45,488 nucleotides of DNA from Geminicoccaceae bacterium (lineage in GTDB: Bacteria > Pseudomonadota > Alphaproteobacteria > Geminicoccales > Geminicoccaceae): the NCBI GenBank assembly GCA_036759485.1, contig DAIOUO010000001.1, forward strand, positions 1-45,488. Direction: 5' to 3'. The position numbers and the translations under genes are program-made. This document shows, in pieces, positions 16,655-26,130 of the stretch. Position 1 is the first letter of the stretch. Each line of letters begins with the position of its first letter. A model generated the notes under the pieces. It was not told the DNA's origin and made no database searches. It saw only the letters and a program-made list of their open reading frames with translations.

Positions 16655-16671
16655 TAGAGGAAGGGGCACGG

Positions 16672-16748
16672 GCGCCCGTAGCTCAGCCGGATAGAGCATC
16701 CGCCTTCTAAGCGGAGGGTCGCAGGTTCGAGCCCTGCCGGGCGCACCA
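16672..16748 (+). tRNA. tRNA-Arg, anticodon TCT
   Basis: The cloverleaf was folded by hand. The acceptor stem is gcgcccg/cgggcgc. The anticodon stem is tccgc/gcgga with loop cttctaa (anticodon at 16706-16708). The T arm is gcagg-ttcgagc-cctgc. The discriminator is A, and CCA is encoded. Confidence 0.95.
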
Positions 16749-16831
16749 GCTCCGCGAGGTTCCGTGCACCGCACCCGGGCTTTCCACGCGCGTGCCGGCC
16801 TCGCGATGCGATCCAGGGTCGGAACGGACCG

Positions 16832-17155
16832 ATGACCGACCTCGCCTGGTTCCTCCTCGCGGCTTTCGCCGAGATCGCCGGTTGCTTCGCCTTCTGGGCC
16901 TGGTCGCGTGGTGGCGCCTCGCCCGCCTGGATCGCGCCGGGCATCGCCTCTCTCCTGGTCTTCGCCCTCGCCCTCACGCGGGTCGACGCGGCCTTCGCCG
17001 GTCGCGCCTATGCGGCCTATGGCGGGATCTACATCGGCGCCTCGCTGCTCTGGCTCTGGGCGGTCGAGCACCAGCCGCCCGATCGCTTCGACCTCCTGGG
17101 CTCCGCCGTGGCGGTCGCCGGGGCGCTGATCGTGCTCTGGGGGCCGCGGCCCTAG
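16832..17155 (+). CDS. ynfA: YnfA-family (UPF0060) small membrane protein
   Basis: 107 aa. The sequence [18 protein letters not shown]...[22 protein letters not shown] is typical of the family. Confidence 0.85.
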   Translation: MTDLAWFLLAAFAEIAGCFAFWAWSRGGASPAWIAPGIASLLVFALALTRVDAAFAGRAYAAYGGIYIGASLLWLWAVEHQPPDRFDLLGSAVAVAGALIVLWGPRP

Positions 17156-17985
17156 GCCGTCGGCTCGAGGCGAGGCGCGCAGCGGCCGTGTCGTTCGACC
17201 CAGTCGCGGACGAAAGCCGCGTCGTCGCCGGCGAGGATGTCGATCAGCCCCTCGGCCAAGGCAGGAGCGAGCCGCGCCTCGAGGTCGAGACCGTGCAGCC
17301 GGCGGCGCTCGATCACGGCAGGGCGCGGGATCGTGACGCGAACCGCCACGCCGGCGGCGTGCAGGCTCGCCGCGTCTTCCGGTGCGAACATGTCCCCCTC
17401 GATCGCCACAGAGGCGGCCGCGGCCCGCTCGGCCAGCGCCACCGGGTCGACGTGCCGGGCGTGGGTGACGAGCTCGGTCCGCAAGCCCGGGATCCGGGAC
17501 CGGGCACGGAGGAGCGAGGGGTGGTCGAAGGAGATCACGAGCACGTGGTCGAGCGCGCCGGCAGCCAGTGGGCTCTCGCCCAGCCGGTCGATCAGCGCAT
17601 CCGTTCGCTCGTGCTCCTTGATCTCGAGCAGAAGGCCGAGCCCCACCCGTGCCGCGGTCTCGAGCGCGTCCTCGAGCGTCGCGATGGGCGTTCCGGCGAA
17701 GTGCGGGTCGAACCAGCTGCCGGCGTCGAGCCGTCGCAACTCGGCCAGTGTCGCCTCGCCCACTCGGCCCGAGCCGTCGTCGCTCCGGCCCAGGAGTTCG
17801 TCGTGCCGCAGCACGATCCGCTCGTCGCGCGTGAGCAGGAGGTCGACCTCGCGACAGGTGGCCCCCAGCGCCGCCGCGGCCTCGAGCGCCGGGAGGGTGT
17901 TCTCCGGCGCGCCGATCGAGTGCCCGCGATGGCCACGGACGTGGGTGCCGCCGGCTTCGAGCGCACGCGGCAGGAACTGCCTCAT
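17152..17985 (-). CDS. Glycerophosphodiester phosphodiesterase family protein
   Basis: The internal ATG at 17985 overlaps the upstream stop (ATGA). The sequence reads [49 protein letters not shown]...LLLEIK. The rest of the listed 765-aa ORF is a chimera across upstream genes. Confidence 0.85.
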   Translation of the reverse strand: MRQFLPRALEAGGTHVRGHRGHSIGAPENTLPALEAAAALGATCREVDLLLTRDERIVLRHDELLGRSDDGSGRVGEATLAELRRLDAGSWFDPHFAGTPIATLEDALETAARVGLGLLLEIKEHERTDALIDRLGESPLAAGALDHVLVISFDHPSLLRARSRIPGLRTELVTHARHVDPVALAERAAAASVAIEGDMFAPEDAASLHAAGVAVRVTIPRPAVIERRRLHGLDLEARLAPALAEGLIDILAGDDAAFVRDWVERHGRCAPRLEPTA

Positions 17986-18887
17986 CGGCCCTCTCCGCCG
18001 AGCGGGCGTACCTTCACTGCCAGCGCCTCGTGATCCGAGATCGCGACACCTCGGGCATCCACGGCCGGAAGCACCCGGGGATCCCGACAGTCGAGCCCCC
18101 GGGCCAGAGACCAGTCGATCTTGCCGAACGGCTCTCGAGGCGTGCCGTCGGGGCGGGTGCGCTGCGTGGGCACGGCGGGGAGGTTGCATTCCCGCCAGCC
18201 ATAGCCGCGGGCGGCGGCGAACGCGAACAGCGGTTCGAAGGGTTCGGGCTCCACGAGGCGCCGCGGCTCGGCGGCGAGCGCCGCCGTCACGGCCGGCTCG
18301 TCGCGTTCGGTCGCGAGATCGAAGGTGGAGGTGTTGAGATCGCCGCCGGTCAGCACCGGGCGGCCCGGGGCGTGCGCGTCGATCGCATCGAGCAGCAGGC
18401 GGGTCGACTCGAGCCTGTCGGCGGGGTCGGTACGGCTCTCGTAGTGGGCGGCTGCCAGGAGCACGGGCCCGCCGATGGCCCGCACCTCGGCGAGAAGCGC
18501 GATCCGACCTCCCACGCGACGCTCGCCGAAGCTGCCGTCGAACCAGCGGCCGGAGGCCTCGAGGCGAACCAGGGCCGGCCGCTCCAGCGGGAGCCGGGAT
18601 AGGATCGCCGCGCCGTGCAGCCCCGCCTCGTTGCTCGAACCCGCGTGCCGGTTCCGCTCGCGGGCATCGCCCAGATCGAGCTCGACGAATTCGACCGCGA
18701 AGCGCCAGCCCGCGCCGAGCCGCTCGGCCAGATCCCGCACCGTGTGACGATTGCCCGAGCGCGCCATGCCGACATCGACCTCGACCAGCAGCACGTCCGC
18801 ACGGGCCGCTTCGAGAAAAGCGGCCGACTCCCCGACGAACTCGAGGCGCTCGGCGTTCCAGAACACGACCCCGAGCGCCGCCGGCAC
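17982..18887 (-). CDS. Endonuclease/exonuclease/phosphatase (EEP) family protein
   Basis: 301 aa. The sequence reads VVFWNAERL...ADVLLVEVD...GLHGAAILSRLPL...LLAAAHYES...LTGGDLN...DWSLARG...ISDHEAL. Confidence 0.8.
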   Translation of the reverse strand: MPAALGVVFWNAERLEFVGESAAFLEAARADVLLVEVDVGMARSGNRHTVRDLAERLGAGWRFAVEFVELDLGDARERNRHAGSSNEAGLHGAAILSRLPLERPALVRLEASGRWFDGSFGERRVGGRIALLAEVRAIGGPVLLAAAHYESRTDPADRLESTRLLLDAIDAHAPGRPVLTGGDLNTSTFDLATERDEPAVTAALAAEPRRLVEPEPFEPLFAFAAARGYGWRECNLPAVPTQRTRPDGTPREPFGKIDWSLARGLDCRDPRVLPAVDARGVAISDHEALAVKVRPLGGEGR

Positions 18888-19049
18888 CGGCGGAACGGGA
18901 TCCGGTGGCGCTCGCCGCTCGATCGCGTGCAGGCACTCGAATGACGCGTATGCGTTGCGAAACGCGGTCGCGTCGGTCGGACCCTCGCGGAGTGCGGCAC
19001 GGAGGGCCGCCGGCGGCGGCTCGAGCCGAGCGCGTGGCCGTGATCGGGG

Positions 19050-19871
19050 TCAACGTCGCCCCTCCCAGAGCTCCTGGAGTTCCAGCGGGTCGTTGCTCGT
19101 GATCTGATCGCAACCGAGCCGGGCGAGTTCGTCGAGGGTCGCGAGGAGACCCGGTCGATCGGCATCGATGGTCCACGCATCGACGAGCGCTCCGCCTCGC
19201 TTCACGAGGGTCGGTAACACCACGCCCGCCCGAGCGGCCGCCAGCACGAGCCGCGCCTCGAGACAGAAGATCGCGGCATCCGGCATCGCGGCGAAGGTCG
19301 CTTCGCCGAGCTGCCGAAAGGCCTCGGCCGTCCCGGGAAGGCTCCCGGCCTCGTAAGCCCGCAGCGGGTCGAAGCCTTTGGCGATCCCCGGTGCCGCCCG
19401 GGCCAGCGCCTCGATCAACGCCGCCTCGCTGCCGCTCACGGTGAAGCAAGGCGCGATGCCGGCGAGCGGTCCGGCGAAGGCCGACAGGAGTGGTCCGTCA
19501 AGCCGTGCGAGCGGCTCCTTGACATCGAGCTGGACCACACCGAGCGGACGGGCGCCGTGCCGCCGGACCGCGGCGGCGAGCTCGTCGAGGAACAGGGGCG
19601 GTTCGCCGAGGAGGCTGCCGTCCTCCGCCCGCTGGCTCAGCCGCTCGAGCTCGCTGCACCGGCGCGCGGCGACCGGACCTTCGCCGCTGGTCTCCCGCTC
19701 GAGGGTGGCATCGTGCAGGCAGACCCAATGACCGTCGGCCGTCGCCCGCAGATCGACCTCGAGGCAAGCAGCGGCGGAGAGACCGGCCTCGAGGTTGGCG
19801 CGCCGGAAGGGCGGGTCGCTCCGTCGCCGCTTCAGACGGTGCCACTTGAAGCGGAGCGGCGGCCGGCTCAC
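19050..19871 (-). CDS. Second glycerophosphodiester phosphodiesterase-like protein
   Basis: GTG at 19871 overlaps the upstream TGA (GTGA). The sequence [27 protein letters not shown]...VQLDVK...VDAWTID...[10 protein letters not shown] is a divergent GDPD pattern. Confidence 0.7.
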   Translation of the reverse strand: MSRPPLRFKWHRLKRRRSDPPFRRANLEAGLSAAACLEVDLRATADGHWVCLHDATLERETSGEGPVAARRCSELERLSQRAEDGSLLGEPPLFLDELAAAVRRHGARPLGVVQLDVKEPLARLDGPLLSAFAGPLAGIAPCFTVSGSEAALIEALARAAPGIAKGFDPLRAYEAGSLPGTAEAFRQLGEATFAAMPDAAIFCLEARLVLAAARAGVVLPTLVKRGGALVDAWTIDADRPGLLATLDELARLGCDQITSNDPLELQELWEGRR

Positions 19872-20386
19872 GCGACGTCCGCCCGGACGGCGCCCTCGAG
19901 GCGCCGGCCGGAGCCGGCCCCGAACGGGAGGCTGTGTTCCCAACGGAGATCCACGGCATCGCCCGTGCGGAAACGCGGTGTCGCACCCGGTTCGACCACC
20001 CGCAGGGCCCCGATCTCGGTCTCGACCAGATAGAGCGTCTCACGGCCGTGCGGCTCGTTGTCGATCACCCGACCGCGAATCGGCCCGTTGCCGAGGGTCA
20101 GCTGCTCGGGACGGATCCCGACCGCGACCGGCCCCTCGATGCCGGGCGAGATCGCGACGGTGCGCTCGCCGAGACGGATCGCTCCCGCTTCGGCGTGTCC
20201 TTCGAGCAGGTTGATCGGTGGCGAGCCGATGAAGCTCGCAACGAACAGGCTCGCGGGCCGCTCGTAGAGATCGGCTGACGCGCCGACCTGCTCGATCCGG
20301 CCTTCGCTCATGCAGACGATCCGATCCGCCATGGTGATCGCCTCGACCTGATCGTGGCTGCGGCCGGCCCTCGGGGAGAACGAGCC
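19868..20386 (-). pseudogene. C-terminal remnant of a MalK/UgpC-type ABC transporter ATPase; Walker A, Q-loop, signature motif and Walker B are absent
   Basis: The frame reads ..[54 protein letters not shown].. and then a regulatory-domain-like tail. This corresponds to the H-loop onward. An in-frame TAA at 20387-20389 lies only 18 codons upstream of the listed ATG. Confidence 0.75.
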
Positions 20387-20644
20387 TTATCGCCGCCCAG
20401 ACCAGGAACGCCGGGAACGGTGCCGCGAGTGCCAGCCAGAGGACCGCGGTACTCGCCCCGGTCCGCCCGAGAAGGTGACCGTCAACAGCCACGGATAGGG
20501 AAGGAGGATCGGCAACGAGCCCACGACCAGAAAGGCCAAGAGCAGGAAGTCGGTCGCCCGTCGCCGGCGGCGTGCACGCTCGGCGAGGACCCGCCAATCC
20601 GGCAGAGCCTCGCTCACCTGCGGCGAGACCGAGGCGAGGCTCAC
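20387..20644 (-). pseudogene. N-terminal remnant of a second (MalG/UgpE-type) ABC permease
   Basis: GTG at 20644 overlaps the permease-1 TGA (GTGA). The sequence VSLASVSPQVSEALPDWRVLAERARRRRRATDFLLLAFLVVGSLPILLPYPWLLTVTFSG looks like a permease N-terminus with its first TM segment. It then degenerates into an Arg/Ser-rich sequence and stops at TAA 20387-20389. Only about 285 nt separate this start from the ATPase H-loop region. Confidence 0.55.
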
Positions 20645-21579
20645 GACACCTCGATCCGCGGCCGCTGGAGGAGTGCCCGCATGTCGCAGAACCGCCAGAG
20701 CAGGAGCGCGACGACCGTACCGACGACGACCAGCGCGAGCGCCAGCGCGGCCCCATAGGAGAATTGCCCGCTCAGGAAGGTGCGCTGGTAGACGTAGAGA
20801 GCCCACACCGGCGTGTCGTAGAACGGCCTGCCATCGGTTATCAGCCACATGTACTCGAAGCTCACGAGTAGCGACAGTGCCTGGTAGAGCGTGACCAAGG
20901 ACAGGTGCCAGCGGATCTGCGGCAAGGTGACGTGGCGGACGATCTGGAGCCCTCCGGCGCCGTCGACCCGGGCCGCGCGGAACAGGTGGATCGGGATCGA
21001 GCGGATGGCACTCGTGAAGATGATCATGCCGAACGAGGCACCGACGAAACCGTTGGCGAGTACGACGACGAGCATGGGCGCATCGCTCTTGAAGTCGAGG
21101 GGCGCGAAACCGACCGCCGCGCCGATCTGGTTCAAGAGCCCGTACTCGGTCGGAGCCACGACCCAGGTCCGAAGAAGAGCGCAGACCACGGACGGGCTCA
21201 TGCGCGGCAACGGCCAGACCGCACGGAAGAACGCCCCGCTTCGCTCGGGCAGGGCGGTCGTCACGAGCGCGAGTGGCAGACCCTAGCCGACATCGAAGAG
21301 GGCGAGCGTGCAGAGGACACAGACGAGGGTGTTGGCGAGCACCTGCGAGAGCCGACGGTCACCACCCAGCATCCGTTCGACGTTCTCGGTGGTGAAGTGG
21401 GCGACCTGCAGGTTCCGGCTCATGTCGGTGAAGGCGATGACGAGATCGACAAGCACCGGCGGAACGTAGAACAGAAGCAGCAACGCCGTCGCCGGCCCCG
21501 AGAAGAGCAGCCGGTCCGAGCGTGCCCGACGATCGGCTCTCATCGTGCTCGCGACCGCCAATGGAGCCGGAGGCGCCAA
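20641..21579 (-). pseudogene. MalF/UgpA-type ABC sugar permease interrupted by an in-frame TAG
   Basis: The listed ORFs 21283..21579 and 20641..21264 are in the same frame and are separated only by TAG (21285..21283): ..VLCTLALFDVG*GLPLALVTTALPERSGAFFR... Joined, they give about 312 aa with the EAA-type loop SAIRSIPIHLFRAARVDGAGGLQIVRHVTLPQIR. Confidence 0.75.
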
Positions 21580-21599
21580 GCCGACCCCGCTCCTTTCCG

Positions 21600-22978
21600 T
21601 CAGCCGATCGAATCGACGACCTTGATCCGATCCTTGAGCTCGCGGGTGGCCTCCTCCTCGAGGAACTCGATCGCCGCATCGACCTCGAGCCGGCCGGTCT
21701 CGACACCCTGCAACGCCTTGAAGATCAGGCCGTTGTAGCGACCGAACTCGGGATGGTTGGGGATGAAGGCCGACCAGGGAAGAAGCTTGGTCGCCTCCTG
21801 CGGGTACCAGGCCTCGGCATAGGCCGGCATACTCGCCTGACCGTGCAGAATCGCCGTGTGGCCCGAGCCGACGGCGTGCTTCGTATTGTAATAGTGGAGC
21901 GTGGCCTGAGCCACGATCATGGCCGCGAGGTCGGCGTACTTCGACTTCGGGTTGACCACGTAGACGATCGGATGCAAGAGATTCTCGGGCTTGCCGCCCT
22001 TCACGGCCGGCGGGGCCAGGATCCAGCCGATCTTTCTGAAGTAACCGTCCCGGTCCTTTGGCCAGGTGGCGCCTTTTGCGTCACCGAGCTGGAATTCGGG
22101 CAGGGTCCAGACACCGTGATGGTAGGCGAACGCCTTCTCCTGCTCGAAGGGGCTCTGGATCTCGCCCCAGGACACCTGCGTGTTGTTGGGCGGCGTGACG
22201 CCGTTGCGGGTGTTCCGATCGAACCAGGCGAGTGCCGCCGCCATCTGCTTTTTCGGCAAGAGCAACTTGCCCGAGGCTCCGACGAGGAACCGAACGCCGA
22301 AGGCAGCCATCGACATGAGACAGTCCGGCCCGGCGTTCGGGTGATGCAGGATGCCGAATCGAGCGGCACCCTTCCGAACGACTTCTTGTGCAAACCTGGA
22401 GAAGTCGTCCATCGTGAATTCGCCTTCGAAGACCTTGTCCGGCAGGCTTTCGATGAACGCCTCGTCCTTGTCGATCGTGCGCAGCATGTCCTTGTTGAAG
22501 AAGAACATGCGGGATTCCGAAACCTGCGGAATCGCGTAGATCTTCCCCTGATGCTTCACGGACTCCCAGAAGACGGGAATCATGTCGGCGAACGCCAAGG
22601 GGTGACGCTCGACGAAGTCGTCGAGCGCCATGGCGTAGCCGGATTTCGCGAACGCGCCGACCCATTCGTGCGCGGCGACGCAGAAGTCGGGACAGCGGTC
22701 GACGGCGCAGGCCTTCAGGAGCTCGAGAGCGTCGGCATCGTAGCCGGTCGCCGGGCTCTCGAAGACCTCGATCTTCACCGTTCGGTTGGAGTCGGCCGCC
22801 TCGAGCCACGCGTTCACCGCTTGGGCGGCGTCCACGATGTTCCCGGCCCGAAGCGGTCCCGATCGGTCGGCTCGGGACCAGACCCTGAGGACCACCTCGT
22901 CGGCCGAAGCGACCCCGGCCGACCCGTCGCGAGCATCGCGACCGCGCCCCGGAGCACGATCCGCCTGAGGTCCGGCAT
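21600..22978 (-). pseudogene. ABC transporter extracellular solute-binding protein (family 1-like) with an apparent 1-nt frameshift just after the signal peptide
   Basis: ATG at 22978 follows GAGGAGGGGA and encodes MPDLRRIVLRGAVAMLATG.., which is signal-peptide-like. That frame terminates after 54 codons. The long SBP frame is offset by 1 nt and picks up at ..GSAGVASADEVVLRVWSRADRSG.. A single extra G in the run around 22921-22925 would give MPDLRRIVLRGAVAMLATGSAGVASA/DEVVLRVW. This could be a real lesion or a homopolymer sequencing error. Confidence 0.7.
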
Positions 22979-23107
22979 CGTCCCCTCCTCCCGACGGGCC
23001 CTCTCGAACGCGGCGCCGCGCTCGGCCCGACCGACGGGTACCTAACCGGCGCGCGTGATAGGCCGACGACTTGCCGTCACTGCGACGCGGTCTCGAGGAA
23101 GGATGCC

Positions 23108-24715
23108 TCAGGCGGGCCCGGGCTCGGTACGCAACCACAGAAAGAGTTCGAGTTCGCCCCGATCCCACGCCCCCTCGAAGCGGGCGAGCGGCTCGAGCCG
23201 CCCGCTCCGCGCGAGCCGCGACAAGATCTCGCCGGGATCGCCGCCGCGACGTTTGTAGACCAGGAGCCAAGCGCGCGCTCGAAACTCCAAGAGGGAACCC
23301 AGCTCGTCGGGCCGAGCGAGCCGGAGCCCGCGATCCACGGGTTCGATGCGAGGCGCCTGCGGGGGCGGCGGCCCTCCGACCAGGAGGCCGACGGCTGCGC
23401 CGTCGAACCCCAGCCGAGCCGCATAGTAGGCCCACGGCCAGTGGTAGACGTGTGGCGCGATCAGGATCTCGTCGCCGGGCCGGAACGCCCGGGCGACGGT
23501 CCGGACCACCTCCGGCCAAGCGAGTTTCTGCGAACGCGCATGCAAGGCTACCGTATCGGCGGCGCGTGGCAGCAGCACAAGTGCGAGGAGGACCGGCACC
23601 GCACGCGGCCACCACTGTCGGCCGGCGAGACCGGCCGCGGCCAGAACCAGGGTCGCCGCGAGGTAGGGCAGCAACACCCGCTCGAGCCAGAGCGGCCGCA
23701 CGAGGAGCCCGAGCCCCAGGACAAGCAGCGGCCCCCCCACGGCGAAGGTCAGAAGAACGGCGGAGGCGGTGCCGGCTCGACGGAGGCCGAGCCCGGCGAG
23801 CAGGAGCACGGGCAGGCCGAACAGGGCCGCCACGACCGGCGGCAGTCCGAGGAAATGCGGGCCGAAGCCCCCCGCCCAAGAAACGAGCGCCCAACGCGGA
23901 CCGGGTTGCGTGATCCAGCCCACGTTCGAGGCCGCCGCTGCCTGCTCGACAAGCACGGGCAACCAGACGAGGCCGAGAAGGAGCGGAGGCCCGTTGGCGA
24001 ACAGGAACGGGCGCAAGGACGGTCGCTCCCCACGCCGGTACAGAAGCCAGCGGACGAACCCACCGAGAACGGTGAGCACGGGCACGAGCGAGCCGGTGTT
24101 GTGGGCGTAGACGGCGAGTGTCGTACCGGCTGCATAGGCCGTCCCCGCCACGAGGCTTCGGCGGGCCCGCATCTCTCGGCGCTCGCTGCGATCCGGATCG
24201 GCGAGGAGTTCCTGCGCGCCCCAGAGCGCCAGGAGCGCGCCGCAGACGAGAAGGGTGTAGCCACGGGCTTCTCGAGAATAGGCGACGAGGAGCGGATCGG
24301 TGGCGATCATCGATGCCGCGGCGAGCCCCGCGCCGTGCCCGGCGAGCGCCCGCCCGACGAGGAACGCGAGCGACACCGCGGCCACGCCCAGAATGGCCGC
24401 GGGAAGGCGGAGCGCCGCCTCGTCGTCGCCCAGAGCGAGCATCACCCACCGCTCGAGCGTGAACCACAGGGGCGGGTTGGTCTCGGTCCGGGCGGCCGCT
24501 CCCCACAATTCCTCGAGCGGCAGATGCGCCCACCGCCAGGAAAAGGCTTCGTCGAGCCAGAGCGGCTCGGCGCCGAGCCCCAACAGGCGCAGAGTGGCCC
24601 CGACCAATACGATCGCGGTGAGCGCGCGTCGAACGGCCCCGCCTTCCGAGCGACCGCTCGGGGCAGCAGCCGGCCCCTCCTCGACGATGTCGGTGCTCGC
24701 GGAGTGTCCGTTCAA
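23108..24715 (-). CDS. ArnT/PMT-like (GT39/GT83-type) membrane glycosyltransferase
   Basis: The protein is polytopic and starts ..LRLLGLGAEPLWLDEAFSWRWAHLP..NPPLWFTLERW.. The likely start is the in-frame TTG at 24715, which overlaps the upstream TGA (TTGA). The start is uncertain. Confidence 0.78.
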   Translation of the reverse strand: MNGHSASTDIVEEGPAAAPSGRSEGGAVRRALTAIVLVGATLRLLGLGAEPLWLDEAFSWRWAHLPLEELWGAAARTETNPPLWFTLERWVMLALGDDEAALRLPAAILGVAAVSLAFLVGRALAGHGAGLAAASMIATDPLLVAYSREARGYTLLVCGALLALWGAQELLADPDRSERREMRARRSLVAGTAYAAGTTLAVYAHNTGSLVPVLTVLGGFVRWLLYRRGERPSLRPFLFANGPPLLLGLVWLPVLVEQAAAASNVGWITQPGPRWALVSWAGGFGPHFLGLPPVVAALFGLPVLLLAGLGLRRAGTASAVLLTFAVGGPLLVLGLGLLVRPLWLERVLLPYLAATLVLAAAGLAGRQWWPRAVPVLLALVLLPRAADTVALHARSQKLAWPEVVRTVARAFRPGDEILIAPHVYHWPWAYYAARLGFDGAAVGLLVGGPPPPQAPRIEPVDRGLRLARPDELGSLLEFRARAWLLVYKRRGGDPGEILSRLARSGRLEPLARFEGAWDRGELELFLWLRTEPGPA

Positions 24716-25878
24716 TCCCGGCTTCTCCGCCCCCAGGTGTAGAAGCCGGTCACCGCATAGTTCCACACCGCCCCCACGAGGATCCCGCCGATCGCCGCGA
24801 GCAGCCAGGAAGCCTCGTGGCCGAACAGGAACGCCGCGACGCCGACATTCGCGAACGCGCCCAACGAGCAGGCGATCGAGAAGCTCGCCCAACCGGCCAG
24901 CCAGTCGACGCCTCTGAGCCTCCGATCGCTGTAAGTGAGCTCGTTGTTCAGAGCGAAGTTGAACGTCATCGCCACCAGGGTCGCCAGAACCTGGGCGGCG
25001 AGGAAATCCACGGCGAGCGCTCGATGGACGACCGCGAGGACGGCGAGATGGACGATCACCCCGAGCCCCCCGACGGCGGCGAACACGAGGAAGCGGGCGG
25101 GCAGCCAGGCACCCAGGAGCTTGTCCAGCAGCAGGGTGAGGAATTCTACGACGACCCGCATGTCGAGCTTGGAGCGGCCGAGCAGGCGCTCACGAAAACG
25201 GTAAGGCAGCTCGACGACCCGCAGCGGGTGCGGGGCGGACAACAGGATGTCGAGCAGGAGCTTGAAGCCGACCGCCGAGAGACGGCGCACGGAACCTTCG
25301 AACGCCTCCCGGGTCAACATGAAGAAGCCGCTCAGGGGATCGCTGAGGCCGCGCAGCCGCGGGATAGTCACGACCAGCCGGGTCGCGAGGCGGCTCGCGA
25401 GGCGACGCTCCTCGGCCCAGCCCGGAACTTCGGTCCCCTCGAGGTAGCGGCTCGCGACCACGACGTCGGCCCGGCCGGAACGGAGCACCTCGAGCATCCG
25501 GGAGAGCAGCCGCTCGTCGTGCTGCAGGTCGGCGTCGATGACCGCGACGAACGGCGCCGCGGTTGCAAGGATGCCTTCGATGCAGGCCGAAGCGAGGCCG
25601 CGTCGCCCGATCCGGTGGAGGCAGCGGAACCGCGGGTCGTGCAGCGAGAGTTCGCGCACGAGCTCGGCCGTTCCGTCGGGAGAGTCGTCGTCCACCACCA
25701 CGACCTCGAAGGCGATACCCTCGAGTGCGCGGGCGAGCCGGGCGGCGAGCTCGAGCACATTGTCACGCTCGTTGAAGGTGGGGACGATCACCGCGAGCTC
25801 CGGCGGCACGAGCGCGCGCCCGATCGACCGGCCGGCCTCCCCGGTTCTCAGCCGCCCCCCGTCGTGAATCGCTCGCAC
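24712..25878 (-). CDS. GT2 polyprenol-phosphate glycosyltransferase with a C-terminal GtrA-like domain
   Basis: GTG start at 25878. The sequence reads LAVIVPTFNERDNV...VVVVDDDSPDGT...AVIDADLQHD..., followed by four C-terminal TM segments of GtrA type (FLVFAAVGGLGVIVHLAVL...NNELTY). Confidence 0.85.
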   Translation of the reverse strand: MRAIHDGGRLRTGEAGRSIGRALVPPELAVIVPTFNERDNVLELAARLARALEGIAFEVVVVDDDSPDGTAELVRELSLHDPRFRCLHRIGRRGLASACIEGILATAAPFVAVIDADLQHDERLLSRMLEVLRSGRADVVVASRYLEGTEVPGWAEERRLASRLATRLVVTIPRLRGLSDPLSGFFMLTREAFEGSVRRLSAVGFKLLLDILLSAPHPLRVVELPYRFRERLLGRSKLDMRVVVEFLTLLLDKLLGAWLPARFLVFAAVGGLGVIVHLAVLAVVHRALAVDFLAAQVLATLVAMTFNFALNNELTYSDRRLRGVDWLAGWASFSIACSLGAFANVGVAAFLFGHEASWLLAAIGGILVGAVWNYAVTGFYTWGRRSRD

Positions 25879-26130
25879 GCAAACCGCTCCTCGACCACGG
25901 TCGGTCCTCCGCGGTCATCATCGAAGGGAAAGGTTAACAGAAGACCAAGGACGCAGCGACCGGCGCCTGTCGGTCGCGCTGCGGCCCGCCTACAACGAAT
26001 GGCAGCCACGCGTCGCTCGGCGTCTCGCACGTCTTCGCAAGGATGCCGAGCGGTCGAGACCTTTGACGGGTCGGGGGACGCCGGCTAAGCGCCACCGGTC
26101 GAGCCCGGCGGCTCGGGCGGAGGAGGCGGA

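Noticed and set aside
16672-17160. tRNA-Arg as the attachment site of a genomic island, given the decayed transporter and accessory-looking genes downstream
   Set aside because: No integrase or recombinase gene is present, I could not spot a repeat of the tRNA 3' end, and the adjacent ynfA and GDPD genes have native-looking composition.
22979-24533. Upstream 500+ codons of the 977-aa ORF containing the solute-binding protein, and the 765-aa ORF 17152-19449 and 709-aa ORF 41340-43469
   Set aside because: They read through neighbouring genes out of frame (the GT39-like gene, the EEP and GDPD genes, and mltA) and are low-complexity Arg/Pro/Ser/Gly-rich. Only the C-terminal portions, or none at all for 41340-43469, correspond to real genes.
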